Positions 39,731 to 53,109 of a stretch of 64,000 nucleotides of DNA are shown one piece after another. The position numbers and the translations under genes were made by a program. The stretch is taken from the NCBI GenBank assembly GCA_002633005.1, contig NMRA01000022.1:1652502-1716501 (forward strand), given 5' to 3'. Origin of the DNA: Phoronis australis. Lineage: Eukaryota; Animalia; Phoronida. The notes under the pieces are model-generated. The model worked only from the letters and a program-made list of their open reading frames with translations. It made no database searches and had not been told where the DNA came from. Positions within the stretch are counted from its first letter, which is position 1. Each line of letters opens with the position of its first letter.

Positions 39731-42700
39731 GTAAGTTCATTGTTTTGGTTGATTGTTCTGATTGTTGTCCATTCCAAGGTGCATACCTGTGACATCCTGT
39801 TGTCTTTTAAGTGGAATGGAAGCGCTCAGGATGAGGGAGGGAGTTCCTTGATGATTTGAAAAGGAAAGACGGCTTAAATTTGGAGGGTACATCTTTCTGT
39901 AGGGAGGATACACATCCCTGGAGGGAGGGTAATCATCCCTGGAAGTAGGTCCACACATTTCTCCCCTTCGGAAGTGTTCCTTCTGCTCATTGCTGTATAA
40001 ATCTAGGGTTCTGCCAAACCGTGAAGTATGTTATGTGCTTGGTATTTTTGTACAGCATTAGTTGATAAATTAGTATGTAGGCAATACACACAAGGCCTGA
40101 ACTGTTAAAATGTTTTAGTGTGGATATCGATCATATTGCCTCACATGTGTTTAACCCTATGAACTCATTAACTGCTTATTTAAAGCAAGGGTGTTAAGCT
40201 CTTTACAATCACAAACAAATGTACCCCCCGCAGCTTTCCCCAGATTCATAAATGTTTGAGAACAGTTTTATAGACTTCCACAGCTGTATTATGGATGAGC
40301 CAACAGCCATAACTGAGAAACCCTGTGTATTAATTGTTTACCTAAATACACTTTTAATCATGTTAATGCAAGCATTCTCATGTGTTCAAGTTCCTGCTGT
40401 TTTAGGTCACTCCTGTCGTGGACTTTGGGAACTACTGCTCTTTTGTTTCTGGAGAGCAACACCAATTGAGTTAAACTGGTAAAGAATTCATAAAAAATGT
40501 CATCAGTAAACCCGTAGTTGACAGACAGCGGTATAGACCTCTAAAAACAGTGAAAACCTACAATAAATTTCCTCCAGTCTTTCTGCCAATTGGTATGCAT
40601 CACACTATCGCTACTGGTCCCAAACAGCACCCCAGAGACCTGGGACTTGCTCTATAAAGCGATCAAATGAAGCAGTGCAGATTTTTTAGTCCACCTTTTT
40701 TTTCAACTTCGCAGGAAATGTTGTTTGCAATGCACTTGTGCGAAGTGAGGATTTTCCTTAGCATTATTGCTTCATTTGGTGTGCACCATGGCGTATCTAA
40801 TACCTTGTTCTCTTGAATAAGCGCCCATGCTCCTAAAAGTGCCCCATCACGCGTTTCCAGCCTTTGTTGAAATAAGTGCCCAGCCCATGAATGTGTGCGA
40901 AAAATGCCTTACCTACAGTTCTAAAATTAATGTATCAATAAGATCCGGCAGTCCTGAAAAAATCATTGTGCGCAGAACTTCTAGACTACCAGCCTCCACG
41001 CTATGTCGGTATTTAGCCATGATTATACACTTCAAACTTCTTCCGTTCTGCAAAAAGAACGCACAAGTCAAGTTTGCTGATCTTGTGAGGAACGTGTCTT
41101 ACTATGGTCTGGCTTTATGGAACAGACACCACGTACTTGTCAACAGGATTGTATGTTTCCCGTACAGATTCCACATCTTCTCCCTCAACAGAAACTCAAA
41201 TTTCTTTGTAGGCCTACACGCGGAAACTGCTATTCAAAGACTTATAAAAAAACTTAACCAGTGGCGAGGAAGCGCAGGCTATATACATGTAGGCCTACCT
41301 GCCATCGGAGACATTAGTCTTCGGGAACTAACTATTCATGAAACAGGTGGCATAGCATCGGCAAGAAATAAATATTGGCACTAATTTCTGAAAGTTTCTA
41401 ATGACATAAAAAACTTCTGCGTTATTTTTAAGAGGAATTATTTAATTAATCAAAATTGGTGTTTTTAAAGTGAAATATCTGATAAAGTGACTCACTGATA
41501 GTGAACACATCCGCACCCTTACACCCCGAATATCCCGGAAAATAACTGTTTGACTGCCACGAATTCAGTCACCCGGCTACTCAGTGACACTTAATATCGG
41601 CCTCTCGAAGGTTTTTTACCAGAGGATACTTGCAAGTGCTAAATAAAACACGTTCTGCTTTTCTGCTTGTGTTCATTTCTTAGTTGCAATGCACTCCTAG
41701 ATCGTTACTTTGCGTCTACTCTTGACTGGCAAGAGAACTCTGATGATACGCACGGGCTCGCCAGGGCTTTATCCAGTATTTCGAAAATAGGGTGTCTAAA
41801 ATGGGGCTCCCAATATTCCAGGGCGTCCTTGTTTTCAACGAGGCATTACCCCCACTCCCCACTCCCCCCACACGCAGAGAGGTGTTTTACAAAAAATGCA
41901 TTGAACAAGGCTTTTACATCTAAGTTTACAAAAACAGCTCTCCTGTAGTGAGATTTTTACTAAAACAAAACTGTGTAGATCAAGACTTTTATGTCTAAAG
42001 TGATGGAAACAGCCAAATAGCTTACCAAACAGGTATTATAGATATTACAGATACTGGTTGAATGATGAGTGCAAATTGATGTTATAAAGTTTATCATATC
42101 ATCTTGACTAGCTTTATATTCTGTACAATAAGTCACCAAAGCTGCAGTTACCAACACAAGAAAAATGGACAGATGATGTGTGGTTTATGTTTTGGCAACA
42201 GGTGTCACTGCTGCTCCATATTAAGACGCACATAGGAAAGCATGAAACGGGCGCAAGCTCAAACATTTTATATGGGATAATCTTGTGGCACATTTATTAA
42301 AGTAATGACATTTATTTCGCTTTTAATGTTTTTAAAAAAGATGAAAAACATGAAACTACAGCTCTGAAACACCAGTTTGGACTTAACCAAGGTCTGTGTC
42401 CCTGAATTGCAGTGAGATTTAAGATCAGAGACATTCTGGCAACCAAACCCATGTTTATGATTGACAGGTCTACCAAATACTTCAAAAATAGTTTGAACAT
42501 TGTACCAAACATTGTACATTTATTTCTGAATTTAAAGTGCCAACTTCTATCTTTCATTAACTGGGGAATCCTAGTAATATTACAATGTGTGTGTCCAAGG
42601 GGAGAAATTCTGATTGACAAGGTGTCCAAATGATACATTGGGCATCCTTGCCAGGGCCTTAAGATTAGTCCCAGGATGTACATTGCATGAAGGCCTGGCG

Positions 42701-45700
42701 CTCGCTCATTCACACACACGCAGACAAACTTCAAAACAAATGTCACGTGACAACAACGTGTGTTTGTCCAGAGATTTTTCTTGTGTTGCGAAGTACGATC
42801 TAGGGCAGATTTGCACTTAACCTACGGATAATCCTAACTCCACAGGAACTTAAAAATCTTAGGGACGCTATTTGGAAAACTTGAAGAGGATTTCATGTAA
42901 TTTGTCGAGAGTCGAAACGTTTTTTATTCAAGTTGCCCTATCGACGATCGCTAGACAGCGATGCCTTAGTCGGGGCGAGCTTTCGCCCTGGAATTTCAGC
43001 ACAATTTTCTGAAAAATGATCATAATTTAACAACAAAGTTTGTTTGCAATGCACCACAATTTTGTAAAAAGTCTGTCATAGGTTACAGATACGCCATTGC
43101 GTAAATTTGATGAATCCTAGCTTCCGATTTCACCGGTTTCGGACACCAGGTTTCAACTGCCTTAGGCTAAAATAAGCGCCCCTCCCCTAAAACGAATTTT
43201 TCTAAGCGCCCCAGGCGCTTATTAGGGCGAATACCATAATGCAGTCATTAGTTGTTATATACTTGCTAAATTTGCGGCACAGAAGAAAAGCTCTATTCCG
43301 ATCATTCACATGCAAGTAAGAATCGCGCTAATGGAGAATAGCGAGTTTCCGAGTATTTACACGGATATTTACACTCTAATTGTGTGCATGTGAATGGGAT
43401 TATTGTTTTAAGTGAGTGTCAATACTTTATCAACATTGTCTCCAATTTTATTTACCCTGGACAGCAGATACATCAGTTCCTTTTTGAAAACATCATTGAA
43501 AGACTCTATACTTGACGGCCGATACCTCCATTGTTCAAAGGAAAATGCAAAATCTTATGATGTGATAACTTCAGGAATAGGCTATTTAATAAGTGCGCCA
43601 AATGTCATTGAAGAAAAATCATTATTCAGAACTGCTAAAAGTGTTAAAATTCAAGAAGTCTGAAAATAGCCCGTAATTGAAATCAAGTCCCGTCATCCTG
43701 AACAATTCGCGTATGAAGGGCATAAATAATACATTGAAAGAATTTTATGACTAACAATAAACTATCTTTTTTTATTTTACACAATAAGTGCTTGAATACA
43801 GTTACCTTAAGGCTCATTAAGTCATGAACTAGGTATTTATTTATTCATCAGTAGCTCTCCAGCACTTTCAAGTGATTGATAACCATCTCCATAAGATTCT
43901 TAAGTGCAGATGTGGCCAGCAGGCAATGCTTTCAGTCCATGGTATTTTACTGGCCTTTGACTGAACTGTGAATGTCTTTATATGAGAATTCTATGTCATG
44001 CAGAATTTTATGGTTGCAGTATGCATGCTATTTTCAATGGATCTAGGTCAACAGATATCCATTTGAGCAAAAGCAAATTGATTTGAAATTGTCAAGAACT
44101 GATTAAGTTCCTACAAATGAGCTTCTTTTTACACATTTGCTTGAGTTTAGTTGAAGATAAAGATTTAAAGTAAAATTTAAGCACATGATATGACATTGGT
44201 AAACCGGCTAACTTGTGAGTGATTCCATGATGACTAAACCATTAGACTACTTTTAGTTCCACGCTCATTATGCTTTCACTGCTATATACCGGTGCATTCA
44301 TTCTCCACCACCCAATCACTCTCTGTCATACACTGAATGATGCGACGATAGAACAAAGTCCTCTTACTCCTGCCCTTATTGGTTCTTTGAAGTACCCGGT
44401 ATGACCGGTCTGGCAACAAAAGTGCTCTAGTTTTGGGGCAACTCAAACCTTAAACAAAGTGACTGAAAAAGTGACCTTAGCAACCATTCACATGACTGAT
44501 ACTTTTTTGCTACTAACAAAAACCTAGCTTTTTAGCCAATTTGTGAAGAGGGTCAGTCTGGAATCACCTTTGGTAAGGATGTCCACTGCACTGTTGGGGA
44601 TGGGTTGTTCACTACTCAGCAATGACAGCTGAGGTAAGCATATAAACACAGCTGGCCTGAATCAGCACAGCTCCACAGCTGATGGTAGTCGCAGCAACTG
44701 TAACCAGCCTGACTAAACAGGGTAATACCTTGGCGGGCATGAGTGTGTTTGATCATGGCCTGCTAGTACCAGTATGTAACACTTCATAATACAAATAGTC
44801 ATGCATCTACACAAGTTGTTCCTGCTTACTAAGTGCAGCAACTGACAAAAGTGGGACTTGTGTTAGTCAAAGTAAACATGTCAAAAACAAATTCACTACA
44901 TCAAGAAACTATAGGGGTGCTGTATTTATCCACCTTCACTATAATTGTATGTAAAATTGAAAGCTAATATTCTATCAGAAACTGATATCTTTAGGACATC
45001 AAACTTGGGATATTACAGGAAGTCTTATCCTTCTGTCCAGACATAGACTTCCCCATGATTTTGACTATATATACACTACATGGAGCAGAAACTTGTTATT
45101 TGTAACCTCTTTGTTTCTGAAAGAAAATAATGACGTAGAGTGCTATTGCTCTGATTGGTGTTGTATTATGACCATCATGCCAGTTGTGTACAACTTCATC
45201 AATATCCCTTGCTCACTCTGCTTGTGCTGTCCAACTGAATCAAGATGGGTTGTGTTATCATTGACTTGTTTACAAAGGAATTTGTTAATTCCAATTCCAT
45301 AGTTGTCAAAAATAGTTTGATGAGTATTAATGTGTTTACCTTGTTCTTATCTTTTCTTTTTTTGAAACTTGAGAAATCAAAGATTATCCACAGATTCGAA
45401 TTCGACTCTTGTTTTCCTTTGACCTTGATGATTTTTGGGGATAAACGTTTCATGACGTCCTACGTGTATAAGTAACGTAGTCTGGGCAAAGAAACATGAC
45501 GAAAAATGCCAAAATGTGTGATATAATAGGGTTACACGGTGTGTTGAAATGTGGGTAGTGATTTGGTCTCAGCATTGTCACACTGATGTACTTTACTCTG
45601 ATCATGTCTCGATCAAGTCACTACCCATATTTCAACATACATCTAATTTTCTGCTGACTTGTAGCAAGACTTTTCCGTTCTGACGATAGGGAAAAGCTTA

Positions 45701-48700
45701 GAACCTGGAAAATATAGTTATCTTTCGCTGTAACCTGAACAGTAAGTGGATGTAAACAACACTTAAAGTGAGCTAACTATTGGTGTGTGTGTATATATTA
45801 AGGGCACTTAAAGGGTTAGCTTCCCTGGCAGGTTCCAGACATATTTGTACAAATTACATCACCTCAGCACAAGCTGCATGAAAATAAATTATCTAGTAAT
45901 ACTTGTATTGCAGCCTCCAATTACTGACTATACTTAAATTTTCTAAAATTTTGTCTATTTGATTCTGTTGTTCATTTACAGAAGTCCTCTAGGGAGTCCT
46001 AAATTTGAGAGGGCTAGACGGTGGCTCTTAAGTTTATGAATTTGAATTTTCAGAGTGTGCAGACTCCGGGGCTAAAGGTTTACTCTCTAGCATGAATAGA
46101 TCATTTACAAGACACTAGACTTGTACTAGAATTTGTGCAGATTCGAGAGTGCAAAGACTTGCATTTGTCATTAGTGATGCAGAAAATACCTGCATTATTT
46201 GGTCATTACACTTTGTTATAAGACCTAAGCAAAAGCACGGTCAAACATTTAATGAATGACCAAATAGTGTACAATTTCATATTTTTGAATTAGCAAAATC
46301 TTGGGCATGTGTTATGGATATTCTGTGCTATTAATACGGCTATTGCAAAATTCTTCTGATTGTTTTAAGTTTGATGTTCTTATATTGAATTTTTTATGAA
46401 AATGGCCTTAGAGACTTTTTGCTATGGCAACATACTGCTTCCTGAGAATCGTATATGAGGGGAATGTCATATCATCTCTTGCTAGCTTTTTTTGCATTTT
46501 TTTTCTTGTACGCATAAACCACTTTTACCCGGAATACAGTAACTACATTAAAAATCTTTGAGATTGTCATTGGTAATAAGTGTACTTAAGCCAAGTCAGC
46601 CTAACGGTTGTCATGGATATAAAGCTTCTACAAGCCTGCTTTTCATGAAAAATGACTTTTGATTTAGATCACTTAGTGTCCTGGGGTTATGAGAAGAACT
46701 GAAACCTGGTATAGCTTAAGATCAGCTGGATTAGTTGGATTGTCGTAGGGGTCATTTTATGTGCTGAGCCTGGTCTTCTCTGCTCCGCAAATAATTCCCC
46801 ATCCGAGTAATGACCAAGTCCAGTTGTATATGGGAGAGCAGGGTGAATCAAAAGTTAGTTTCTTTGATGGCCGGAGGCATGTTTTTAACCATTTTTAAGT
46901 CTCAGATTTATGTAGGATCTGTTTGAGGTGAAAGAAACCCAACTACAGTTTAAGTTCACGTGAGTCACTTAATGTCAGTCATGCTGGAACCACTAGGTAT
47001 GGGCTAAATTCTCTCGTATGGTGCACGGCTGTGGAATTCTCTACCCAGACATATTAGAGAGAGAGAGTCAGTCACTTAACGATTTCAAGGAAAACGTGTG
47101 CAGTTTGTGCTAACCTGGATGTATAGCGTCTTGTTTGTTTGCTAGTTTCTGATATGTGCCAATTATTTTAAATTGTAATAATAGCTAAAGACTGATGTTT
47201 TTTGTTTTTCCTAAAAACTGACAAGAAAATGAAAATATATCATGCTTGGGCTCTCTGTTCTGTTCTAAACCTGAAATTATCTCTCTGTTCTAGGCTACAG
47301 GTTCTTCAAAGCCGTCATGTTTCTCAGTGGCTTCATCATTGGCTCTGTCATTTCGTACCTCATCTGCTCCGACTATAGCATGGTGCTACCCCTGGCGGCC
47401 AACATAGGCATTGCCCTTGCTGTGGGCCTACTTTGTGGTCTGATCACAATGCTAGTGCAGTACGTCGGCCTCTTTTTGACTGGCTTCATATTCGGTGCTT
47501 ATCTGGCTATTGGTGGTTTGATTGTGATGGACCAGTTCTACCAACCTGATACCAAGTGGCTGGCGATTGGACTTGTTTTTGGAATGGGGATTATTGGCGC
47601 TATTCTAGCACTCAAGTTTCCCAAAGCTATGACGATGCTCGGGACTAGTATATTTGGCGCTGGACTAATCGTCGCTTGTGCAGACTACTTTATCGAGTTG
47701 TTTGTGCTACTACATTACATCTGGGACCGTATACGCACAGAACCACCGACCGAGGTTTGCTGGTTTAGCTGGATTGTACTAGGTGAGTCGAGACAAACAC
47801 TTGATTGGGTCAAAGTTCAATAAAAGGGTAGAGGTCATCTTGTGAACGGAAAGATAAAGATGTGCTGTAGAGGTCTTTTCATTATAACACTGTTCTCAAC
47901 TTTTTTCCGTAATCAGAGGAGTTGGGAGGAGATGCTGTGCTTGGGATGATCGGACAGTTATTTTGTATGAAAGTCTAAACTTGCTCCATCTAACATATGA
48001 TTTTGGAACCAGCCTATGTAGTCAGACATATTGCTGCCTCGATGATTGATATGACTTAAGTGTTCCAAGGATTCTTATTGAGTGTGGACTCGAGTAAAAG
48101 CAAACAGTAATTTTTCCAAAATCCAAAAATCAAGTATAATCCGAATAATAGTTTCAGACCAGTCTATGACTAGAATGTCTTTAAAGAATGTCTTTTTAAA
48201 GACGAAACATAGTGACTGTTTTTTGTCATTTTATTTCAAGTATGTGTTGTCATAGAAACTTATGGTCTACAAAATTTGGAAAGTTCTTGTCGTGAAACTT
48301 ACTTTTGTGTATGTCAAAATTACTTTTGTTGAAATGAGGTGATCAAAAACTCTGGACTTGGTATTACTACAAATATTTGATCCATTAAGCTTCATTTCTG
48401 CTTTGCTCTAGGTCTGTGGCCAATTCTGTTTGCGATTGGTGCTGCCATCCAGTGGCGTGTTACTGGTGAAGGTGTGGAGCATGATGAACAGCAGGTCAAA
48501 GGTCAGTTACACTGACACTTCAACCTTAGTTGCCCCTGAAAACACATTATAAACCAGCCTCCCATTCAGTAACGCTAAGACCTCGCTAAAAATCAAGACT
48601 TTGTGAGATTACGTGAGATATTGACGTGTATTTTAAATGAGAACACGTGACTTTGGGTAAAATTTAGGTATGTCCATGGGTAGGTCTTAGCGTTACTGAA

Positions 48701-51700
48701 CGTACACCAGGTTATTGACCATACAGGTTATGTGCGAGACTTTCCATGTTGTGGTACACAGTGATGTCTGTCTGTAAGTCATTCAAGTATTGGCTAGTAA
48801 AAATGAGAGTCTTGTAGCTGCCAGTTTTCACAGGGTCAGCCAATCCAATTTATCCATGCTTAAGCTCCTTGGTATAACAGGGCTTGGAATTTTCTTCTTT
48901 TAAGAGGATTTCCTCGTTTTTGGTTTTAATTTACTTCATGACTGGGCCCACTTGAAAATCAGTTTATTCACTGAAGTGGTCACCCAGTCTTTTAAAGAAG
49001 TTTAAATATATTTCCTCTCATTTGATTTTCTTTCTGTTTCCTCTTTTTTCTTCTCTTTTTATAATTGTGATGTCATTCATGCAAAAATGTTTAATTCAGT
49101 TAAATTTTACAACAAAAAATATTCAGTTCACACAAGCTTATTCATTTGTGGAATGATACATCACCTAGAAAATTTTCCTCTTTTTTGTCGTTGGTCATTC
49201 CAACTCCTGATATAACCAATTGTCGCGGTTGCGGTGAAAGTTTTAATACCAGTCTATTAGAGTCAATTCACCTCGTTCACTTGTTGCAAGTTGGAGAAAA
49301 TATCATTTTAGGCATATGTTATGTTGCAAGAAACTTGAAACACGATCTAAAATCATTCAAAAGTGGCTAAGGGTTTTGTTACCATATGCATTTTTTGTGC
49401 TTTCATCAGGTACTGGACAACTTTTAAAAAAGCGATTACACAACAAAGCTGCTATTCATTTTACATGTCAGACTGCCGCCTGAAGTTTTGTTCTGACTGA
49501 CACCAATTGCAGAGGCTGACCATTAAGGCAAAGGAAATGTTGTTTTTGAGAAAATTCTACAAGTGTATTTTTTCGACAGTAACTCAAATATACAAAGAAC
49601 AAGTAACCATTTGTCCTGTCTTTTCTTTGTCTCAGAAAACTGGTGGCACAGTGTTGTATACGCTTGTTCAATGTTTGTCCGATGAAAGAGTATAAGCAAG
49701 CACGTTCTTTTGTTGTTCAAAAATTTGCATATGTGAAATAACTACCGAGATATCTGGTTACAAATGCATCATCCAAAGCATTAAACAATTATTTCTTGTT
49801 CAGATTATGTAGGACCATAGAATAATGTACGAACTTGGTCAACTTGGATCTGAACTTTTTTTCTTTGAAGTGAATGACTGGATTCATATTGAACTTTGTT
49901 CTCCAAAAGGTTGTTAGGAATTGTTTTTAAAATGGATGATCAAAAGATCAAACTTTTATGATAATAAAAATCAAAAGTTGCATAAAATGAAAGTGGAATG
50001 GTAATTTGGAAAAACTGTATCAGGGTTATTGAGATTTCATCGTGAACGTAAATATTTAATGAATTTTTTGTTTCACATTATTGTTTTGATACTGATCATC
50101 TTTCCTTTTTGTTATATTTTACTGAAAGACATGGTCGCATTGCCCAGTTAATGTCCAGTTGGTAAAAAATCAAATTCTACAGACTTTATTTTCAATGTAT
50201 ACTTTTATTGAATTAAAATCTATAGTTTTTTAGGTATAGTCCTACATAACATTTATGTGAAGGATAAACGTGATCTATAATCAAAAGCCAAGTTTATTGT
50301 CTGCATGAGAAGTCTGTTGTGTAGAATTTCTTTGAAAATGTACCTGTGCTGTCATGGAGAGTTTTAACTTGTGTTGTTGCCCTTTCAGTCATATACAAGC
50401 GAAAAAAAGGTACTACCAGTGTCCACCATATTCAGACTCTGGAGCGTCGCAGCAATGTTAGCAACCGTGTCAACGGCCGCTATCGCCACTTATACCAAGT
50501 GAGGCGAGCCCAGGGCGATGTGGTCTCGCAGGTTCGTGGTCGGTATTATTTTTGTTATTTCGGAATGGTACTCTGACTAGACGGCTGGTGAATGGATCTC
50601 TTCCGCTCCTCAATCTTCCAGGCTTCTGTTGTTTCCTCTTAGTCTGCTCAACTTCTTCTGAAGTGTGATTTGTTCATCTTCTCCTCTTCGTTAGTTTTTT
50701 GTCTTCCTAAAACTGCTTTGAAGTGGTGATGTGCTATCATAATCTCCTAAATCTATTGGTCTACTTACATGGCCGCTACGTTTCGGTCAGTGACTTCTCG
50801 AACCATCCTTAGGTGTTACGGTGTTCATAAAAGTGAGCACAGATCACTTGGTGGTGCATTGGTTAGAGGACTGGACTGGCAGTCTAAAGGTCCCTAGTTC
50901 AATCCCAGCCTGCACCTGGAAAAAGAAATTAAAAACTGCTCATTGACCACCAAGAATGTACCATACACCCGTGCTCGTTGTTCTAAGAATGGTATTACAC
51001 CTGAAGATGGCTGGAGAAGTGGTTGACCGAAATGATGTGCCAATGTAAATAGGATAGAGGTTGGTTTAAACAGACCAATAGATTTTAGAAATCGTGTTAG
51101 TATTTTGTCTGACCAAAATGCCCTTGGCTATGAAATTCAAATTGGCTTTCTAACTACACATGGGCTGTGTTTGTGTTGCTGCTGTCATTGTGAAAGCCGA
51201 CGCTTGTTGCGAGTCACCTGAAGTCATTGAATACTTCACAAGTTTGACTGTGAAGAATCTCATCTTAGTAGCTTTTCCAAATAAACCATACCTCATCTGT
51301 TTGATGGTATATCAGTATCTTAACCTAATAAGCCACACCTGGCAGCTTTTTACCAAACAGGACATATGTCGTGTACTTTATGGTGCACTGACATAATAAG
51401 CCTCCCACTATGTATCTGATCATGTTCCAGTAGTTTTACTCTGATGGTTATTTTGAGTATCTGTTCCACTTGGACAAGTCGAGTATACTGTAATTCTATT
51501 GCAGAGTTTGTTTTCATACCTTGTGTTGCACAGTTGCAGACCTGTGCCTGGCATACTTGAGAATTTGGCTTTGTTTGAAATGCTAAGTTTCCCTGGTTCT
51601 AATCATTTTGTTTCACTTTTCCCTGTTCCTTTCTATCCTCTGATAACAATCTTATCACGTTAAAGTTTCTTCAAACTAGAACACAATATGGCGGAATAGT

Positions 51701-53033
51701 ACCATCAAAACTGTCAGAAATAATAAACAAGGCCTAGATAAAAATAAAGTTCGTTTACCCTTACCTGACCGACCGACTAAAACCCGACTCAGAAAATTTT
51801 ATTGACAAAATACCTCTGACTTTTTATTGCTCTATATAAAGTGCTGTAATCAATTTCGCACTTTTGCCTGATTGATGACACAACGGGTTGTTTTGTTACA
51901 AAAAACGGGCAAAAATCCTTCAACAAAATCTCAAATGTGAGTTGTTGATTTCTCAAGACTCTTGAAGAAGGCGTAGTTAATTGGTTGAGAAATAATAGCA
52001 AAACTGATGTATCGAGTTGTAAAAAAATTTTTGCTTACCTACTTAGCACCCTGATGTTGAAAGTAGTGTCGGGTAAGGACAAACAAAGATATTTTTAAGA
52101 TTGGTCCTAGGAGATACCATTTTACGTGATTATTTGAAAAATTTGTATATTACGGCTGTTATCATCAAACGCACAACAAGATTTTGAACATTTTTGGCAA
52201 TACAGTGAGTGTCTGAAAATTGAAAAAATGACAAATTTGGGCATGGTTATTGTTTGAATTTGAGGAAACTTTGTCGTAAATTGCATGGCTTGATAAGCAT
52301 ACATTTAATAAGTAACATAACTTATGAATACCATAACTTTTTTGTTTGTTTGTGGATAGAACATGAATTTCTTAAATGTTTTTATCATTTCATCAGCTGT
52401 TTGGGTAAGATTGAACATTAAACAATATTCTGGAAGTGCACGATATTCACGAAACGCAATAAGTGGTACATATGAAACTACTTTGAAGCATTGGCAAGCT
52501 GAGAAAAATATCCAGGCGGTATTAATCACTCAAGTTTGTCTCAAGTCGTAACAATTTGCTGTAATAGTTGTTTTTATGAAAAATTCCCATGTTTATCGCA
52601 CTCAGTAATTTCTGCCCATAGCTATTATACCTTTCTTTGTCACATGCACTTGTGCAGTTGCCAACATCAAAATAGGTAAACATACAAAAATATGCAGCCA
52701 CACATTATCACAATGGTGTCAGTATGTAAATATCACTGCTTGTGTCAAAAAGCAAGATGTTTTGATTTTGATACTGTGGCGGGACATGTGATAAGGCTTC
52801 AAAATGCAGAAAAGTTGGCAACTATGGAGGTTACCGAATTTTCAGCACAAGTTGAGTGGCCTGTGTAGTGACAAGTTTATAATCATTTTTTGCAGAATTT
52901 CGTCCATAGCATACAGCACAAATTAAGTGAACCTACTCTCAAGAGCTTCACACCCCTGCAGTCTGTTTCGTCGTACGAGGGAGGCGCCACCAACACTAAT
53001 AGCACTGTTGTAACACAGAACAGATTCCCGTGA
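39514..53033 (+). CDS. TMEM198: Transmembrane protein 198 orthologue, full model join(39514..39730,47294..47782,48412..48501,50389..50531,52896..53033), 358 aa
   Basis: All introns are GT..AG with matching phases (1,1,1,0). Total 1077 nt ending in TGA. Recognisable family motifs: YTFFGYRFFKAVMFLSGF, LCGLITMLVQYVGLFLTG, ACADYFIE, CWFSWIVLGLWP, IQWRVTG, RRAQGDVVSQ. Length is close to vertebrate TMEM198 (~360 aa, from memory). Confidence 0.93.
39881..39945. repeat. 21-bp minisatellite x3
   Basis: GGAGG[G/A]TA..CATCCCTGGA-type units, visible in ORF 39737..39958 as the repeated peptide YPPSRD. Confidence 0.6.
40801..43237. mobile_element. Putative pogo/Tc1-mariner-type non-autonomous element, probably with nested inserts
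   Basis: Left TACCTTGTTCTCTTGAATAAGCGCCC, right GGCGCTTATTAGGGCGAATACCATA. AATAAG[C/T]GCCC sub-terminal repeats at ~40817, 40871, 43171 and 43203. Confidence 0.5.
47294..47782 (+). CDS. TMEM198: TMEM198 coding exon 2 (GYRFFKAVMF...CWFSWIVL), multi-pass core
   Basis: Pyrimidine tract and tag acceptor at 47281-47293, donor G|gtgagt at 47783. Glycine-rich hydrophobic helices; overlaps ORF 47317..47823. Confidence 0.95.
48412..48501 (+). CDS. TMEM198: TMEM198 coding exon 3 (GLWPILFAIGAAIQWRVTGEGVEHDEQQVK)
   Basis: Acceptor ctttgctctag ending 48411, donor G|gtcagt at 48502. 90 nt, phase 1-1, last TM helix with QWRVT motif. Confidence 0.9.
48553..48710 (+). mobile_element. ~160-bp MITE in TMEM198 intron
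   Basis: Perfect 19-bp inverted repeat TTCAGTAACGCTAAGACCT (48565-48583) / AGGTCTTAGCGTTACTGAA (48682-48700). Confidence 0.75.
50389..50531 (+). CDS. TMEM198: TMEM198 coding exon 4 (VIYKRKKG...RYRHLYQVRRAQGDVVSQ)
   Basis: Acceptor cctttcag ending 50388, donor CAG|gttcgt at 50532. Basic cytoplasmic tail with RR..GDV motif. Confidence 0.87.
50843..50915 (+). mobile_element. tRNA-derived SINE head / tRNA pseudogene
   Basis: A-box-like TGGTGCATTGG, anticodon-like arm TGGAC-TGGCA-GTCTA and B-box-like GTTCAATCCC. The acceptor stem does not pair; an A-rich tract follows. Confidence 0.55.
51730..52109. mobile_element. Degenerate MITE with imperfect ~40-bp TIRs
   Basis: AGGCCTAGATAAAAATAAAGTTCGTTTACCCTTACCTGAC versus inverted GTCGGGTAAGGACAAACAAAGATATTTTTAAGATTGGTCCT. 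Confidence 0.5.
52896..53033 (+). CDS. TMEM198: TMEM198 terminal coding exon (NFVHSIQHKL...TQNRFP*)
   Basis: Acceptor ttttttgcag ending 52895, phase 0. Open for 45 codons to TGA at 53031-53033; Ser/Thr-rich tail. Confidence 0.8.
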   Translation, partial: NFVHSIQHKLSEPTLKSFTPLQSVSSYEGGATNTNSTVVTQNRFP

Positions 53034-53109
53034 CACTGCCATTTGTTAGCAAGGTTCTCGTGACACAGGCATTTGTTAGCAAGGTTCCCGTGACACAGGC
53101 ATTTGTTAG
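53025..53109 (+). repeat. 30-bp tandem repeat x ~2.8 spanning the TMEM198 stop codon
   Basis: TTC[C/T]CGTGACAC[T/A]G[C/G]CATTTGTTAGCAAGG at 53025, 53055 and 53085. Confidence 0.9.

Noticed and set aside
40827-41384. Longest unassigned ORF (185 aa)
   Set aside because: It starts within the terminal repeats of a non-autonomous element. I see no DDE, HTH or other motif and no splice support.
48491-48500. Alternative donor CAG|gtcaaa at 48494 (and alternative acceptor at 47300)
   Set aside because: Both shift the frame relative to the neighbouring TMEM198 exons.
50843-50915. Second functional tRNA gene
   Set aside because: Acceptor and T stems do not pair, so it is treated as a SINE head or pseudogene.
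53031-53093. In-frame TGAs as selenocysteine codons
   Set aside because: They arise from a tandem repeat, TMEM198 is not a known selenoprotein, and I recognised no SECIS element.
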